A DNA stretch of 64,000 nt from Neoechinorhynchus agilis (GCA_051530055.1 CM121343.1:3194389-3258388), one strand, 5' to 3'; counted from the first letter of the stretch, positions 10,510-25,012 are shown. Made by a program: numbers and translations. Notes: a model not told the origin generated them from the letters alone.

Positions 10510-12879
10510 ATTGCAATGTCTGATTGTTACGACAAGGGAATTGTCTATATATTAAAAAATCAGAGAACACCCGGAAAAACTTGGCTAAACGAGAGGAGTA
10601 GGCGAATGTTAATATTGGTGGGTTTCTCGAAAAAGTTTTTAATAGTGCAGCGTAGGATTAGTGAATAGAAAAAGCAAGAGGCGGGAGTAGTAGCAGCATA
10701 AGTAACCCGAGACTATTGGACACGCATGTGTCCGATCGATTAGAAAGCTTATGAACTAGAGAATATTGAGTTGAAAAATTGTAGAACGGAAATAGAGGCG
10801 ACGGCGGTTCGAATTCGACTTCATCATTTTCTTTCTAGTACCTCTCCAATTCATTCTAGTTTATAGAGAGAGAGAGCATTGTCGTTAGTGTAGAACTGGC
10901 AGCGGTTGGCACCAAGCATGCGCATACACACCGAGAGAGCGATAACAGTTGTGGCACTGCGAGCGATGGTTAAGCCGTCTTTTAGAGCAGCAGCAGCGTT
11001 TAGACAAGAGGGAACGAGTGTGTAACTTGATTATTTGAATGGAGAGTGCGTATACGTATGAGGCTATTTTCAAAAGAGACTTAGTAACAGTCGTGTAGTC
11101 AGATTCTACATTGATCTTTTTAGGAACTTCTTTTTTTGATATGTAAATGAGCATGTGAACTAAGTAGAGAAAAGTGCAACGCTGGTGTTCCAGGGTTAGG
11201 TTTCCAAGCGAACAAAAATCTTACCCGTGATTGTAAGTGCAATTGTTTTTGTCGCCAAGAAAATGTCGCTGTGATCGAATAGAACAGTAAGTAGGTGACT
11301 GAATTAGTATTGAAAGACAAGCGTACGAACTCGGTTTCACTTATAGACGAAGGAATGGGCTCAATGTATACCCCCTCTCACACACACAAATACACAAGAT
11401 TAGCTAACACGATAGTATGAAAACACTTGTACAAAACGGAGTATCGGTGTTAACTAACCGGAGATAGAAAAACACAATTAACGAAATAACAGTATTATTT
11501 TCTGCCCCTCCCCCCCCTCCACGGGCATTGGTGAGAAAATGCGATTAGGCTAGGTGACTTACCTTGATTAGATTAGAAAATGGAGTATTTTAGGATTAGA
11601 ACCTCTAAAGAAAACGCAAAGAGAAAAGGAAGTGGTCCCGCAATGTGTTCGTCGGTGGAACCACAAAAATACGGCAATGTAGTGCTGCGTAGAGAACACA
11701 AAAATGGCAGCTATATTGTTGGGTCGGGCGGCGGTGGCGGGGGGGGCGTTGTACGACGAGCGAATGATGAGAAGATTAGTGGTGGGGAAATAACCTGTAT
11801 AGAGAAAATACAGAGTTGTACATGTCATAAAGAACCACATAATGTACGTTGGCAACTGTATTGTACACTTGAGACGTGCCCAGGGATTTGTCTGTTTATC
11901 GATTAAAAGATAAGACTTCCCGGGTTATTTTCAAAAAAAAATTTTATCCACTTGCCTTACGAATTGAAATGGTACGTTAGGAGGAGGAGGAGAATAGTCC
12001 GTGTATTGGTGCGCCGCTATCAAAAGTCAAGGATGTGCCTCTTCTATAAATATGGATCTGAACACCAAGGTAGCAGTGGAGATAATAGACAAATATGTGC
12101 GAACGAGGTACAACCTACATAGAACGCGAGCGAGCGAGAGAGAGTGTGCAGCAAAAGAGCTAATATACAAGAGCAGCCTGTGGTGGTGGTGGTGGTGGCA
12201 GGAGGGTGCGTTGTGTAGTTGGTGTTTGATCAGCAACCGTCGAATGTCATTCGGAAATTTAAGAAGCCCAGACAGGTCGCTGTGAATAAATTTAGTTCAG
12301 ATAAAAGCGATCGGTGTGATAAACCTAAAGAACGACCTCAGTACGGCGACCGGAGATATAATACGTTCATAGGCGACATGGCTTCTATGTGGACTCAGTA
12401 AACCAACAACTGCCGCATACGGGGGGGAGGGGGTTATGTGTGTGTGTGTGTACGCACACGAACACGTGAACGGCGGCGACAACCGGTGATATATACATTG
12501 ACGACGTTGTCACCCAGTGTTTACCCACATTGACACGCAAAAAAAGAAGGAACCGGGACACGGAACATTTGCCTTCTTGGACGCAAATTCAATTCTTATC
12601 TTCAATTCGTATATCACACGAGTCTGGGCGCTTAAAACGGTAAAAGATAACGGTACCACGCACAAATGGCGATGAAACACTTCAACGAAAAGTTCCTATA
12701 CTTCATCAGATAATCAAATGCTAAAAATAATCCAGCTTTTGCGAACCATAGAAAGGGAATTATCGTTCAGAAACGTCTTGTTCATACAAAAAAAACTATT
12801 TTGTCGTTTAAAACGTTCTGTGGACCTCGTAGCGTTCATTAAAAAATTTTGATTAAGAACTTATTTTTTCTAGGGTTTA

Positions 12880-12930
12880 CAATAAAAAAAGTACAAAACG
12901 TGCAATCACCACCGTCCGAAAAATTGGAGC
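12880..12930 (-). mobile_element. CRE-like element, extreme 3' tail
   Basis: ACAAAACGTGCAATCACCACCGTCCGAAAAATTGGAGCT matches the copies at 3565 and 34100. Confidence 0.6.
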
Positions 12931-12974
12931 TAATAAATAATGATGAAACACCTCCTCAAATAAAGACAACCATA

Positions 12975-15095
12975 GAAAGTTTTCGCTACTTCAAAAATTA
13001 ATTAAATTCGGAACCATTTCACGCTCCCACCTCTCAAATGTTAAATTTTACAATGATCCGCAAGAAAATTTAAAATTCACTTATTAAGGTCAAAACCAAA
13101 AATCGAAAAGGATCAACAATATTGCATATTGAAAAGCGTTCCCATCTCGTAAAAATTCGGGAATCTCCTAACATTTCGACAACCTACGAAAGTTTTCGCT
13201 ACTTAAAAAACTGATAAAATTCAAAACCATTTCACGCTCCTACCTTTCAAATGTTAAATTTTACAATGATCCGCAAAAAAATTCAAAATTAACTTATTAA
13301 GGTCAAAACTAAAAATCGAAAAGGATCAATAATATTGCATATTGAAAAGCGTTCCCATCTCGTAAAAATTCGGGAATCTCCAAGCATTTCGACAACCTTC
13401 GAAAGTTTTCGCTACTTCAAAAACTGATAAAATTGGGAACCATTTCACGCTCCCGTCTTTCAAATGTAAAATTTTACAATGATCCACAAGAAAATTTAAA
13501 ATTCACTTATTTGGGTAAAAGCCAAAAATCAAACGAAAAGGATCATTAATACCATAAATCGAAAAGCGTTCCCAACTCATAAAAATTCGGGAACCTCCTA
13601 ACATTTCGACAACCTTCGAAAGTTTTTGCTACTTCAAAAATTAATAAAATTCGAAACCATTTCACGCTCCCGTCTTTCAAATGTAAAATTTTACAATGAT
13701 CCACAAGAAAATTTAAAATTCACTTATTTGGGTAAAAGCCAAAAATCGAAACGAAAAGGATCATTAATACCATAAATCGAAAAGCGTTCCCAACTCGTAA
13801 AAATTTGGGAACCTCCTAACATTTCGACAACCTTCGAAAGTTTTCGCTACTTCAAAAACTAATAAAATTCGAAACCATTTCACGCTCCCACCTCTCAAAT
13901 GTTAAATTTTACAATGATCCGCAAGAAGATTTAAAATTCACTTATTAAGGTCAAAACCAAAAATTGAAAAAGATCATTAATATCGCACATTGAAAAGCGT
14001 TCCCAATTCGTAGAAATTCGGGAATCTCCTAACATTTCGACAACCTTCGAAAGTGTTTGCTTCTTCAAAAACCAATTAAATTCGGGACCATTTCACGTTT
14101 TCCCCTTTCAAATGTTAAATTTTACAATGATCCGCAAGAGGATTTAAAATTCACTTATTAAGGTCAAAGACAAAAATCGAAACGAAAATGATCATTAATA
14201 CCATAAATCGAAAAGCGTTCCCAACTCATAAAAATTCGCGAATCTCCTAACATTTCGACAACCTTCGAAAGTGTTTGCTACTTCAAAAATTAATTAAATT
14301 CGGAACCATTTCACGCTCCCACCTCTCAAATGTTAAATTTTACAATGATCCGCAAGAAGATTTAAAATTCACTTATTAAGGTCAAAACCAAAAATCGAAA
14401 AGGATCATTAATACCATAAATCGAAAAGCTTTCCCAATTCGTAGAAATTCGGGAATCTCCTAACATTTCGACAACCTTCGAAAGTTTTCGCTACTTCAAA
14501 AACTAATAAAATTCGGAACCATTTCACGCTCCCGCCTTTCAAATGTTAAATTTTACGGTGATCCGCAAGAAAATTTAAAATTCACTTATTAAGGTCAAAA
14601 CCAAAAATCGAAAAGGATCATTAATATCGCACATTGAAAAGCTTTCCCAATTCGTAGAAATTCGGGAATCTTCTAACATTTCGACAACCTTCGAAAGTTT
14701 TTGCTACTTCAAAAAGTGATAAAATTCGGAACATTTCACGCTCCCACCTCTCGAATGTTAAATTTTACAATGATCCGCAAGAAAATTTAAAATTCACTTA
14801 TTTGGGTAAAAGCCAAAAATCGAAACGAAAAGGATCATTAATACCATAAATCGAAAAGCGTTCCCAACTCATAAAAATTCGGGAACCTCCTAACATTTCG
14901 ACAACCTTCGAAAGTTTTTGCTACTTCAAAAACTAATAAAATTCGGAACCATTTCACGCTCCCGCCTTTCAAATGTTAAATTTTACAATGATCCGCAAGA
15001 GGATTTAAAATTCACTTATTAAGGTCAAAGACAAAAATCGAAACGAAAAGGATCATTAAAACCATAAATCGAAAAGGGTTCCCAACTCGTAAAAA
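12975..15095. repeat. Tandem array A, ~212-218-bp unit, ~10 copies, non-coding
   Basis: The AAAGTTTTCGCTACTT anchor falls near 12976, 13188, 13402, 13619, 13837, 14050, 14268, 14481, 14694 and 14911. The ORF track lists nothing within it. Confidence 0.95.
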
Positions 15096-16116
15096 TCATC
15101 CATTTTTGAACCTTAAAACCAAAGCGGACATCTCGTAAATCATTCGGTGGATTCTAAATCAGTATTTTATCAAGAAAACGAATACTATGAATGTTTCCCT
15201 TAAAAAAGGACAAGATGGTTTGTCTTAAGAGTAAACATGTCCAAAATTTACAACTCATTCAAGGTTCATACGTATTCTTACTGTAAAGGCGATCAAAAAT
15301 TGCGTATTTAAAAAATAAAAATTGAATGAATATTATTTCTAAGATGACTATCACAGTGGATGCCCTTGTAACAGTGTTATCGAAATAGAATATATTTTCG
15401 TATTTGAAAGGAAACGATTTGCTTAATTGGAAGGATCTTAGATTCGCCTTTTATTCAGATGACGTCAGTTCATAATCTTTTGAATTTCGTACTTGTGTCC
15501 ACCACAAATGAATCCTCCATGACGCGATATTTCATTTTTTCTATCATGAGTGCGTTAATTTTGGAGAGCTTATATGGAAGAATTCGGAAAATTAGCTTTA
15601 AAGATTCCGTGGCGACGGGGAGAGGTCCCGTGCGTTTGGACGAAATATTTCAATATAATTCATTCTTTGATATAATTTTTCGCCACCGACGCATACTCAT
15701 GGATTTTTTCTTTAACTTTGGAGATTCCATTGAAACTACTTTATACGGAGTTCTTTGTGTGGGTTCGATAAGTGTCCGACTTTCTGATGAACGGATTGAA
15801 TACGTTCTTTAATTTTGCGTGAGTACTCTAAAAGTATGGAATTTTAGTGTTCATCTTTTAAGGATTGAACGTTTCAGACAAGATTTTAAAAGATCACGTC
15901 AAGCAAAACCCTTCAAGTAGCGTGATTAATAAATTAGACACCGATCATTGCGCGTTAACCGCAACTTCCAAAGCGATCATTGAAAGGAATTAAATCCAAT
16001 ATCTCGGAGCCAGAAATTTGTGCCATAAACAAAAAAATTTGTAAAACGGACTGATATAAGGCATTCTTACAAGAGTAGTTTTATCAAAATTAAACAACAA
16101 TTACTTTCACGCGGCC

Positions 16117-19100
16117 TTAAGTGGCATCTTCAACATCTTTAAGTTCCTCTGCTTCCGGAAAGTCATCAGATTTGAACATATCTTCTTCGTCGCTGCTTAT
16201 AACCCGTCTTTTTCTAGGTTGAATGCAGCTATGATCTGAAGATGGCCTTTTCAAGGGCTTACTATCACATTGGGCATTACACTCTTGAGTATTGGATTGG
16301 TTTAATTGCGCCGGATTAATGTATTCCGTGGAATCCAAATCTGAATCATCATCAGTACTGATGAATGCTTTACTTTTATAATTCTTTTTATCATCTTCAT
16401 TCGATTGTCGCGGTTCGACCTTCTCGTCTGTTGCTGCGACGACTGGTTTCTGTGTACCTTCACCTGATGACATTGTAGAAATCTTCATACCACCACTATC
16501 AACATCCTTTCTGGCTTTTTTCCTTCTCCTTCGATTCTTATTGTCTGTCTCATTTATAATCGGACTATTATTACTCTGACCAGTACTATCGACCGCGGTG
16601 GTTTTTCCTCGTTTCCTCTTCGGTTTCCCTTCATTGTTGGCTTTCTGCTTAATTACCCACAATGCTCTCTGTTCCTCCGCTTTCTCCATGGCTGCTTTTC
16701 TTGTTATTTCCATTTCAATCATTTTCTCCTTCTCTTTTTTCTCCCTTGCCATCTTCTCGTCGTACATTAATTGCGCTTGGGCAGCAAAAGCCTCAAACTT
16801 TTTTCTCCTTCGCTCTTTCTCCCTGGCTTCATAAAGCTCGGCTTTGTTTAAATACTCGGAAGAGCTATTTAAAATCTCAGCGCATTGTTTCTGCCGTTCG
16901 GTTGCCTGTTCAGCAACGTGCTTCGAGTATATTCTCATTTCATTCTTCGATACATCTTCAAAGACTTTCTTAGCACAAGATATATGATCCAATGCCGCTA
17001 TTGCATCTTGGGTAGTCAATTTCCGCTGACAAAGCATGCGTATAGCATGCAATTGGCGCAAATGGGCATTACTGACGAATAGAGCCGTATCATCAGGAAA
17101 AGAACGAGTTCCTTTCTTTAAAGTCCGTTCAGCGTCACTGAAATGACCATCTTTCAATTGAGCCTTTGCCGTCATTATATACAGTTTAGCGTTCAATTCC
17201 ATCGGGAACAGTTTCTCACATGATGTGTAATTATTACATGCCATATCGAATCTCTTAGCCGCGTTAAAAAGTGCCGCGAAATTCAAATAGACATCTCGGT
17301 AGTCAGGACGAGTGTGTTTTACCTTTCCAAAAATGAATCTAGCCCGATTAACATGTCCTTTATGGGCAAGAACGCATCCAACGCCATTTGCTGCAATGGC
17401 ACAATTCGGGTACTTCCTGAGAACTTTACAGTAAAGGTCTAAGGCTCTAAAAGTATGACGCTCAATCTGTTCTTGATTTGAGCCTCGCATGTTCAAAGTG
17501 TTCAACCATATACTTGCCATCGCTAATAAAGCGTACACATCCGTCTGATCCTCAACTTCTTTCTTTGTATCTTCGTCCGCAATGGATTTATGTGGCGCTG
17601 TCATCTCAATGACGTGTTCATACTTTCTTTGGGCTGGACCAAGTTCCTGGTTTTTCATATGAAAATTACCTAACATCAGCCAAGCCTCTTTCGAATTCGG
17701 GTCTTTTCGAAGAGCTTCCGTGTAAAATTCAAGAGCCTCAGCCTTGTTACCACGTTCCTCTGACATCGAACCCAATCGAAGCAGCGGCCTCGCAAATTGA
17801 GGACATTGCGCGTACATCATTTTGTACATTTCATGCGCGTCCAACAAATGACCGGACGCTTCCATGGAACGAGCAACTGCGTAAGTGAAGTTAAGTATTC
17901 TTCTTATCTTGTCATCCGAATCAACTTCAAGTGCTATACATTGCTCTGTAGCCTTTTTGAACGATTCACTGGCTTCCATGAATTTCCCAGAACGATACTC
18001 AGCTACACCAAGGTTGTTGTATAAATCTGCCGTCAATGGAGTCTCATCGTTTTCATTACTTAGCACTTTAACTGCTCGTGTTATGAATTCACATACAATC
18101 TTCTTATTTTTCCTCTCCAATTCACACATTTGAAGTAAAATTTCTAGTGCAGCTATCATCGAAGCCTTTTTAAAGATTCAAAAAAATTTTCTATAATATA
18201 TTTAGCGATCTAGCGTTTTTTTCTTTCATTAATTATTATGGTTGTTTTATGGCGCCTATAAAAATTAAAATTATTTGAATAAAAGACTTTCAAACAAAAA
18301 TATCGATATGTGAGGTATCGGGGAATGTGATTAGAGAATTATTATGGTTTCTACATCCGCGGTAATTATTTCGATTAAAGACGTTCTGCGAAATTCGTAA
18401 GAGGTTCATCATCGCGAAATAATTACTCATCCACTTGTATTATAGAACTGACGCCTTTAATCGAAATACTAATCATTTATCGCGGATGTCGACTTCTAAC
18501 CATAATAATTGCACTTTCAAACAACCTCTGAATGTTGGAAATAATTTTAAATTTTCTACGTGTCATAAAACAAGCGCTTTAAATGTTGTTTTACTTGAAA
18601 ATTGTAGAAATTTCTTAGGCTCCTAAACTTTCTCAAAAGAGACGCTCGCAACGACGATCCTGCATACGTCCTCGGGAAATGCTTCTATAGCATTTTTCAA
18701 AAACTGTTTTGCAATTGCAAGATCCTTTGGATCTTTGCTTTGTGCATACAATAGTCCAAGCATTCGTTGAGTTTCGATACACGATGAATCATAGATGAGC
18801 ATAATGTGGTAGTATTTTATTGCAGTCGCAATATCTTCTCTATATAAACTGATTTGTGCGAGTCCATTGAGTGCATCGATAAAATCATCTCCGCCATATT
18901 TGTATGCTGATTGATAGCTTTCAAAGGCTTGATCAAACTCGCCTAATTTATGTTGAGCTCGACCGAGTTTAAAATGCGCATCAGATAATTGTCGATCGTT
19001 TTTGGAATAGAGTACAGCCGCCGAGGCGAGAGTGAGAGATTCTTGTGTTTGTTCAGTCAAAAAGAAATAGTCAGATAAGTGAATTAGCGCAAGAGGATGA

Positions 19101-19942
19101 GTTTTATCGATTGCGTACGCCTTCTTAAAGCATGCCATTGCAATGTGTTCATCAGCTTCGTTCGATTGACACATAACTCCAAGGGCGGCGTATGCGTCCG
19201 CGCATTGTGGATCCATTTGAATCACTTGTTGAAATGCTCGACGGGCTTTACCGTACATACCAAGGTTCGCTAGGCAGAAAGCCATTCCAAGTCGAACTTG
19301 AGATCCACAAAGAAATGGAGATATTTTGAATGCCCTTCGATAGCTCACTAAGGCTCTCTTATAATGTTTAGCCTCCAAGTATGCCGATGCCAATGCCAAA
19401 AGAGGTAGCGCCGCCAGTGGGAAGTTTTTGACCAAGTACTGTAAGTGAGGGATGCTCTCTTTGATCTCAGCAGTTTTCATAAGTTCAAAAATTGCCCGAT
19501 AGATAATGTGATTAGGTTCGCAGATTGAGAGCCGGTCACCTACAGCAAAGAACTTATCAGCTCGAGCCCACATACTAACCTTTCCATAACTTTCTCTTTG
19601 ATCAGGAATATTCATCATTGCTACATTCATGAAATAAGCTCCGAGCTTATCCGCTCGAGCAATTTCACCGTGAATCTTTTCGTCGTTATCACAAAACGAT
19701 ATAGCTTCACTAGCCTTCAATATTGCCAAAAAATCATTGGGGTTGCCATTGTTGTAGTACATTAGAGCGATATGTATCCAAGATCCAAGGCTGACGTTTT
19801 CGTTCATAAGCATCGATATCGTTTCAGAAACAGGAGGCAAATCATCTTCATCTATGATAATACACTGTTCAATTTGCTTTGAGAATAATTCGAGACTCTT
19901 TGGATGGAAGTTAAATCGTTCAGGTTGACCAATCAATGTCAT
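16117..19942 (-). CDS. CTR9: CTR9, TPR subunit of the PAF1 complex; two exons (18668-19942 and 16117-18165)
   Basis: The N-terminus (DEDDLP...ISML..E...LGSWIHIALMYY) and later motifs (LYNNLG, LLRLG, WLMLGNFHM..QELGPAQRKYE, DVYALLAMASIWLNTL, AANGVGCVLAHKG) match CTR9. A 502-nt phase-0 GT-AG intron (18166-18667) joins the two ORFs in frame. Confidence 0.95.
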
Positions 19943-20149
19943 CTATAACGTTCAAAAAGTTTCAAATCATCGTGATAAGGTCTCAAATCTATATACACTC
20001 AAGACTAGTGGTAACTACGAAAGAAATAAGGAACTGCACCGTTACATCGACCGTTCATGTGATGTGAGTCAAAGGTTGCTTCCGTGAGTTGAACGCGTTT
20101 TTCCAGAATATTAGGGATAAAGACTAATGGACCGTGTGCATCAAGTTCG

Positions 20150-20990
20150 TTACTCGGTTTATTCCACTGAAAATCCCTCGGGATGGAGGCTGGTTATGGT
20201 AACCACATATCCTTATTCGGTTTATTTCACCGAAAATCTTTCGGGTAGATAGGTCCCGGAATCCGGGGAGGGATTATGGCAACCGATTCCCTGTATTCGG
20301 TTTATTTCGCCGAAAATCCTTCGGGATGATAGGTCCCGGAATCCGGGGAGAGATTATGGTAATCACCAATCCTTATTCGGTTTATTTCACCGAAAATCTT
20401 TCGGGGTGATAGGTCCCGGAATCCGGGGAGGGATTATGGCAACCTATTCTCTGTATTCGGTTTATTTCACCGGAAATCTTTCGGGTGATAGATCCTGAAA
20501 TCTGGGGGGATTATGGCAACCTATTCTCTGTATTCGGTTTATTTCACCGGAAATCTTTCGGGGTGATAGATCTTGAAATCTGGGGGGATTATGGCAACCT
20601 ATTCTCTGTATTCGGTTTATTTCACCGAAAATCTTTCGGGGTGATAGGTCCCGGAATCCGGGGAGGGATTATGGCAACCTATTCTCTGTATTCGGTTTAT
20701 TTCACCGGAAATCTTTCGGGGTGATAGATCTTGAAATCTGGGGGGATTATGGCAACCTATTCTCTGTATTCGGTTTATTTCACCGAAAATCTTTCGGGGT
20801 GATAGGTCCCGGAATCCGGGGGGAGATTATGGCAACCTATTCTCTGTATTCGGTTTATTTCACCGAAAATCCTTCGGAATGATAGATCCCGGAATCCGGG
20901 GAGGGATTATGGCAACCTATTCTCTGTATTCGGTTTATTTCACCGAAAATCCTTCGGAATGATAGATCCCGGAATCCGGGGAGGTTATTG
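20150..20990. repeat. Tandem array B, ~78-80-bp unit with two internal palindromes, ~10 copies
   Basis: TTCGGTTTATTT falls at 20216, 20296, 20376, 20456, 20533, 20611, 20691, 20769, 20849 and 20929. Edge units are degenerate. Confidence 0.95.
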
Positions 20991-21539
20991 TAATCACTTC
21001 GCCTTGTTTCATTTCATCAAAGGGAGTACTACCTTATGTTTTCTACAGATACCTTTATTATTGAAGATATTTTCCAATATTGATTTGTTAAAAACAAGTA
21101 TTCCCATAACCGTTGGATAAAAGATGGAATTGGCTGTGTGCGCGGCGATTGAACAGCCACGGAGTTAGTATCAAGCGCTTATTTAAAGTATCACGTGGAA
21201 CGGCTTGATGTTAAACATATCCAATAATTACCTCAGGGGTGCAATAATCACCATCAAGCGTCAACATTCACTGTCACGTGATTTAAGAACCTATTCGTAA
21301 TGGGTTTGTTGAATGTACCATTTACATTTGCTGTGTAATTGACGATAATTACCGCCTGACCTTAAATAGTTATCACCGGATCGCTCCCGGATTATCTCAA
21401 ATTAGGGATGGTGATCTCGATCGAATATCTCCTTCCATGTCAGTCGTTTCATGCTCACGATAATGAAATTAAAGCAATTTATTGCTTTCTCTACTATACG
21501 AGTGCCACCATTCAAAGATAAAATTTAATATGTGCGGTT

Positions 21540-21840
21540 ACAGTATTAAAAGAACCGAATTTTTGTTACAGACATTCTGTTAGAATTTTATCCTTCCTAA
21601 AACTTCGCACCTCCCTCCGATCCTGTTTCCATACTACCCAATCTTCTCGGATATCATAGCCCGAAATTAATTGGAGGAAAAACCGGTCAATCCCCGTCCG
21701 AAATAACCTTTTACACCAACCGAACCCATAATCTAAACCAAAATCAATAACCGCATTCATTGAACAAATCTGAATCCGAGTTTTTATGAGGATCAAAATA
21801 TACATGGGTCCTTTTCTTTTTCAATTAACAAATAAACGTG
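21540..21840 (+). mobile_element. L2-group LINE, diverged 3' fragment
   Basis: Resembles 32100-32370 and 41300-41530, and ends in the GAGGA(C/T)C...CATGGGTCC hairpin followed by ACAAATAAAC. Confidence 0.65.
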
Positions 21841-23384
21841 ATCGCAAATTGAAATGAAGTTCTGTGTTGAGCGTTACGGAAAAACTTTGCCGGAATTCTC
21901 GTAATCGTCCTATAGCGAAAACCCATCGTGATTGTGCACTTAATGTAAAGATAACGTGAAGCAGAGGGCGTTCGTATATTCATAATTGGGAGGATCTTCT
22001 GATAGGTGGAACGAACCCAAAACAGCGATCATTTAAATATGAAATAATTAAGAAAATCAAAACTTAAAAGTATATTGCATCGAAAAATTATTGTTCTAAA
22101 AGACCAGATAAAAATTTTATTTTTAAAATTGAAAATCGGGTAAAGGGAACGTTTTAAATGTGTGATGGATCAGGGAATGGGATTTGTCATTAAGTCCAAA
22201 CCCGTTTTAAAGCCCGGATTACACAATGACTATTTTTCCTATGATTGGCCATTGCGATTTTCTTTTTGGTGTAATTTTGATGATAAAAACATCGTGTCGG
22301 GCTTAATGTATAAGTTTTAGTGTGAGAGGTGAGGTCAAAACGGTTTGATACCAAGATTCATGAATGGATTTTGGAAAGAATTAATTTGATTTGCAGAATT
22401 GGACGTTTTGATCTGACAAAAAACCTTGGTTTCGAATTATTTTCTAATTAAACTTTGTAGTATATCAAAAAATTCTAATGACTGAGGTGGAACTAGGCAC
22501 TCGAAAAGATAAAAGAATAGACCTTTTAATTAAGAACATTAATAAGAGTAAAGTGGCTTGAAAAGTCCGAATTAAAACTTTCATCTCTCGGTGATTTGTT
22601 TGTATCGTTAGAAAACTTAAAATTTTGTAAGTACTTATTCGTTTATTGCGCTTAGAATGGTCGAGTCCTTCACTAGTATCTCGTTGATCACCACAAGTTA
22701 GGAGAATTTTGCGATTCGTGTGAAATCTTTACATTTTCCTCCTTCAATATTTGATATTCTTTTGGAGGTATTTTGTACCATGTAACATGAATGTGGACTT
22801 GATTGATTGCTGAAGGAGGCATCGGGTTAGTACGCCCATTACAACGATTTTCGAATATATTCTATAGAATTTTGATGAGGAGGAAAAGTATTATACTGCT
22901 GGTGACAATGAAAATGAATTTCTAGTAAACTTTTAAGGGAAAGTTCAACTAAATCATCACTTCTTGCTTCACAAAGACAACAGTGGCGGGAAGAGCGAAG
23001 CTTCCTGTTTCCCTTTCTTCCCCTCGCCTGGGTCAAATATTTCATTTGTTAATGGATAAACATTATTACAGAATCTAAAAAACCAACTTTGGCAATTTCC
23101 GGGGTGTTTCGGACGTTTTAGTGAAACAATTATATATTATGAAAATTCTCCTTACTGGTTCGATCCCATATAACTCGACTGGTACCAAATAAAGTTTAAT
23201 TCTGAATCCAAAAGTGACCGGAATGATTTCTTAAAGGTCCAATAATTTTGTTTCAAATATTTTCTATACAATTTCGCCGATAGGGAATAGTATTTAATTG
23301 TTGGTGACAAGGAATTTTTTACAATATACTAAACGAATTCATTTCTAGCAATCCATCTTTCCGAATTATAGCAATTACGACGGT

Positions 23385-24900
23385 AAAGGTCTCGAGGATG
23401 CATCCAGCATTCGATTTCTGAATCGCACAAGCGACCAACCATTTAAAACCTTGGTTAAAAATTCTGCCTTGCTTGGCCGAAAGCACAAATTGTTTCAATG
23501 ACGATAGGTGGAAAAATATTGAGCGACGTATCGAGGCATTTCTACTTTTTCTTTTTTCGGTCTTCTACTTTTTCGCCACTTACCGGCTCCTGAAAACTAC
23601 AAGACACAAGTTGCTCTTAGCAATCGTATTCGGGCCTCGCGGAGAGATGGAATGCCGTTATCTAAGTCTTTACTTTGGATCAATGGAGCCCTTGGGTTCC
23701 TGTGATGTCCGTCTTGGCACCGCATTTTCACATCGCAGGGATTGAGCAAGCCATGCTGAAGCGAGACCAAAAGAATGGTCATCCATTTTAGTACAAATCG
23801 ACGAGGAGCGAGTAGACGTGCTCATTCTTTGAGATCGGTACAAGAACCATGGATGTTTCAGAATTCCTTATCAAACCAAAGGTCTGACCAACGTTTTTGT
23901 ATTGATCTATTCGCACGGTCAGGAAGTTCGATTTTTTTGCTCCATTTTATACGTCAGGCTTGTTCGGGACACGGAGGAGCCCAAGTCTGAGATTGTTATT
24001 TCTGTCGCGAGTAGAATACCAAAATCTCCCAAGTGAACTGAGATCTAGGCTTGACGCCACGCTGAATTGAAAAGTTCAACATTCAAGAATCCGGTCATTG
24101 TGCGGCTAATCTTTTCGTCGAACGTAGCAAGGTTTTCGCTTTGGAAGCATAGCGAAGGAGGAAATTCATTTTTGGTAGGGCAAGGCAATATCAATGGATG
24201 AACTAGACGCCTTGTTCGGTCAAATTTAGCGCCGAGTTTACTAAATTATCGAGGTTGGATTTGCCGCAGAGAGGTGCACCGAGTCGATTTGCCTTCCGCT
24301 TTTAGGACAACATCGAGGAGAGGAAGTATTGTTCAACTGTTTTTTGTGATGATCTCCCAATTTTCAGACCTTAGAAGCATTTTTGGCGAACGAATTTTAT
24401 GTTCCTATGCAGCAGTCGTTTAGATACAAAATAGCCATGGGCGACCAAAGAATGAGGCTAAGTGCATTGATAGTAAATGCGAACCAGGAATGACCTGTCT
24501 AATTGGTTTTATCGAGCGGTCCCCGGATGCACCTAAGATGGAAGGAGCTTAATCCTTCCATTTCGTCAATGGGAACGCGTTAAAGACCGATAGTATTGCA
24601 GATTCCTAGGTTTGGGATCCGAAGTAGGCGACCATGGAGAAATGCCACAGGTCTCTTTCGAGCTGAATATCTCGGAAAGGACGAAGGAACTTATCATTCG
24701 ATGTAGGCAGCTGAATGACACCACGGATGTTACCGTCCTCTAATTTTTCTTTGTTCCACACTTGAGCATCTCCGACTTCCGAGCGCTTAGTTCGAGCCTA
24801 AGAACGAGTGTCAAGGGGGTCGTCGTAAACCGCATTGATCAATTCTCCCATTTTCGCCGCTCGTCAGATCAAAGAGGTTCCATAGTACAGTCACGTCCTC
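23385..24900 (-). mobile_element. Decayed CRE-like RLE non-LTR retrotransposon with internal deletions
   Basis: Minus-strand remnants occur in the expected order: KLEDGNIRGVIQL, CLALPKMNFLLRY, WRQA..PVHLGDFGI, FPPIVIETICAFG and CAIQKSNAGCILET. Many stops and frameshifts. Confidence 0.75.
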
Positions 24901-25012
24901 ATTGACCGGCTTGAAATATTTTAAAGGCACATTTTATTGATCGCAGGAGAGGTCCTCGACGGTGGTTTGCTGGTTGTGTCACTGTTAAGGGAAATTAAAG
25001 TCTGTTCATGGT

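Noticed and set aside
12975-15095. Spliced-leader RNA gene arrays (Sm-site-like words in arrays A and E)
   Set aside because: No conserved leader/GT donor with the expected stem-loops; Sm-like words are common in AT-rich DNA.
15459-15812. 117-aa + strand ORF as a gene
   Set aside because: No recognisable motif, and the antisense frame is also partly open; it cannot be supported without expression data.
18166-18667. Box C/D snoRNA in the 502-nt CTR9 intron
   Set aside because: A C-box (ATGATGA on -) lies near 18410, but there is no downstream D-box CTGA or terminal stem.
20150-20990. CRISPR array (palindromic repeats)
   Set aside because: There are no unique spacers (units are head-to-tail copies), no cas genes, and the context is eukaryotic. 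The same applies to arrays A, D and E.
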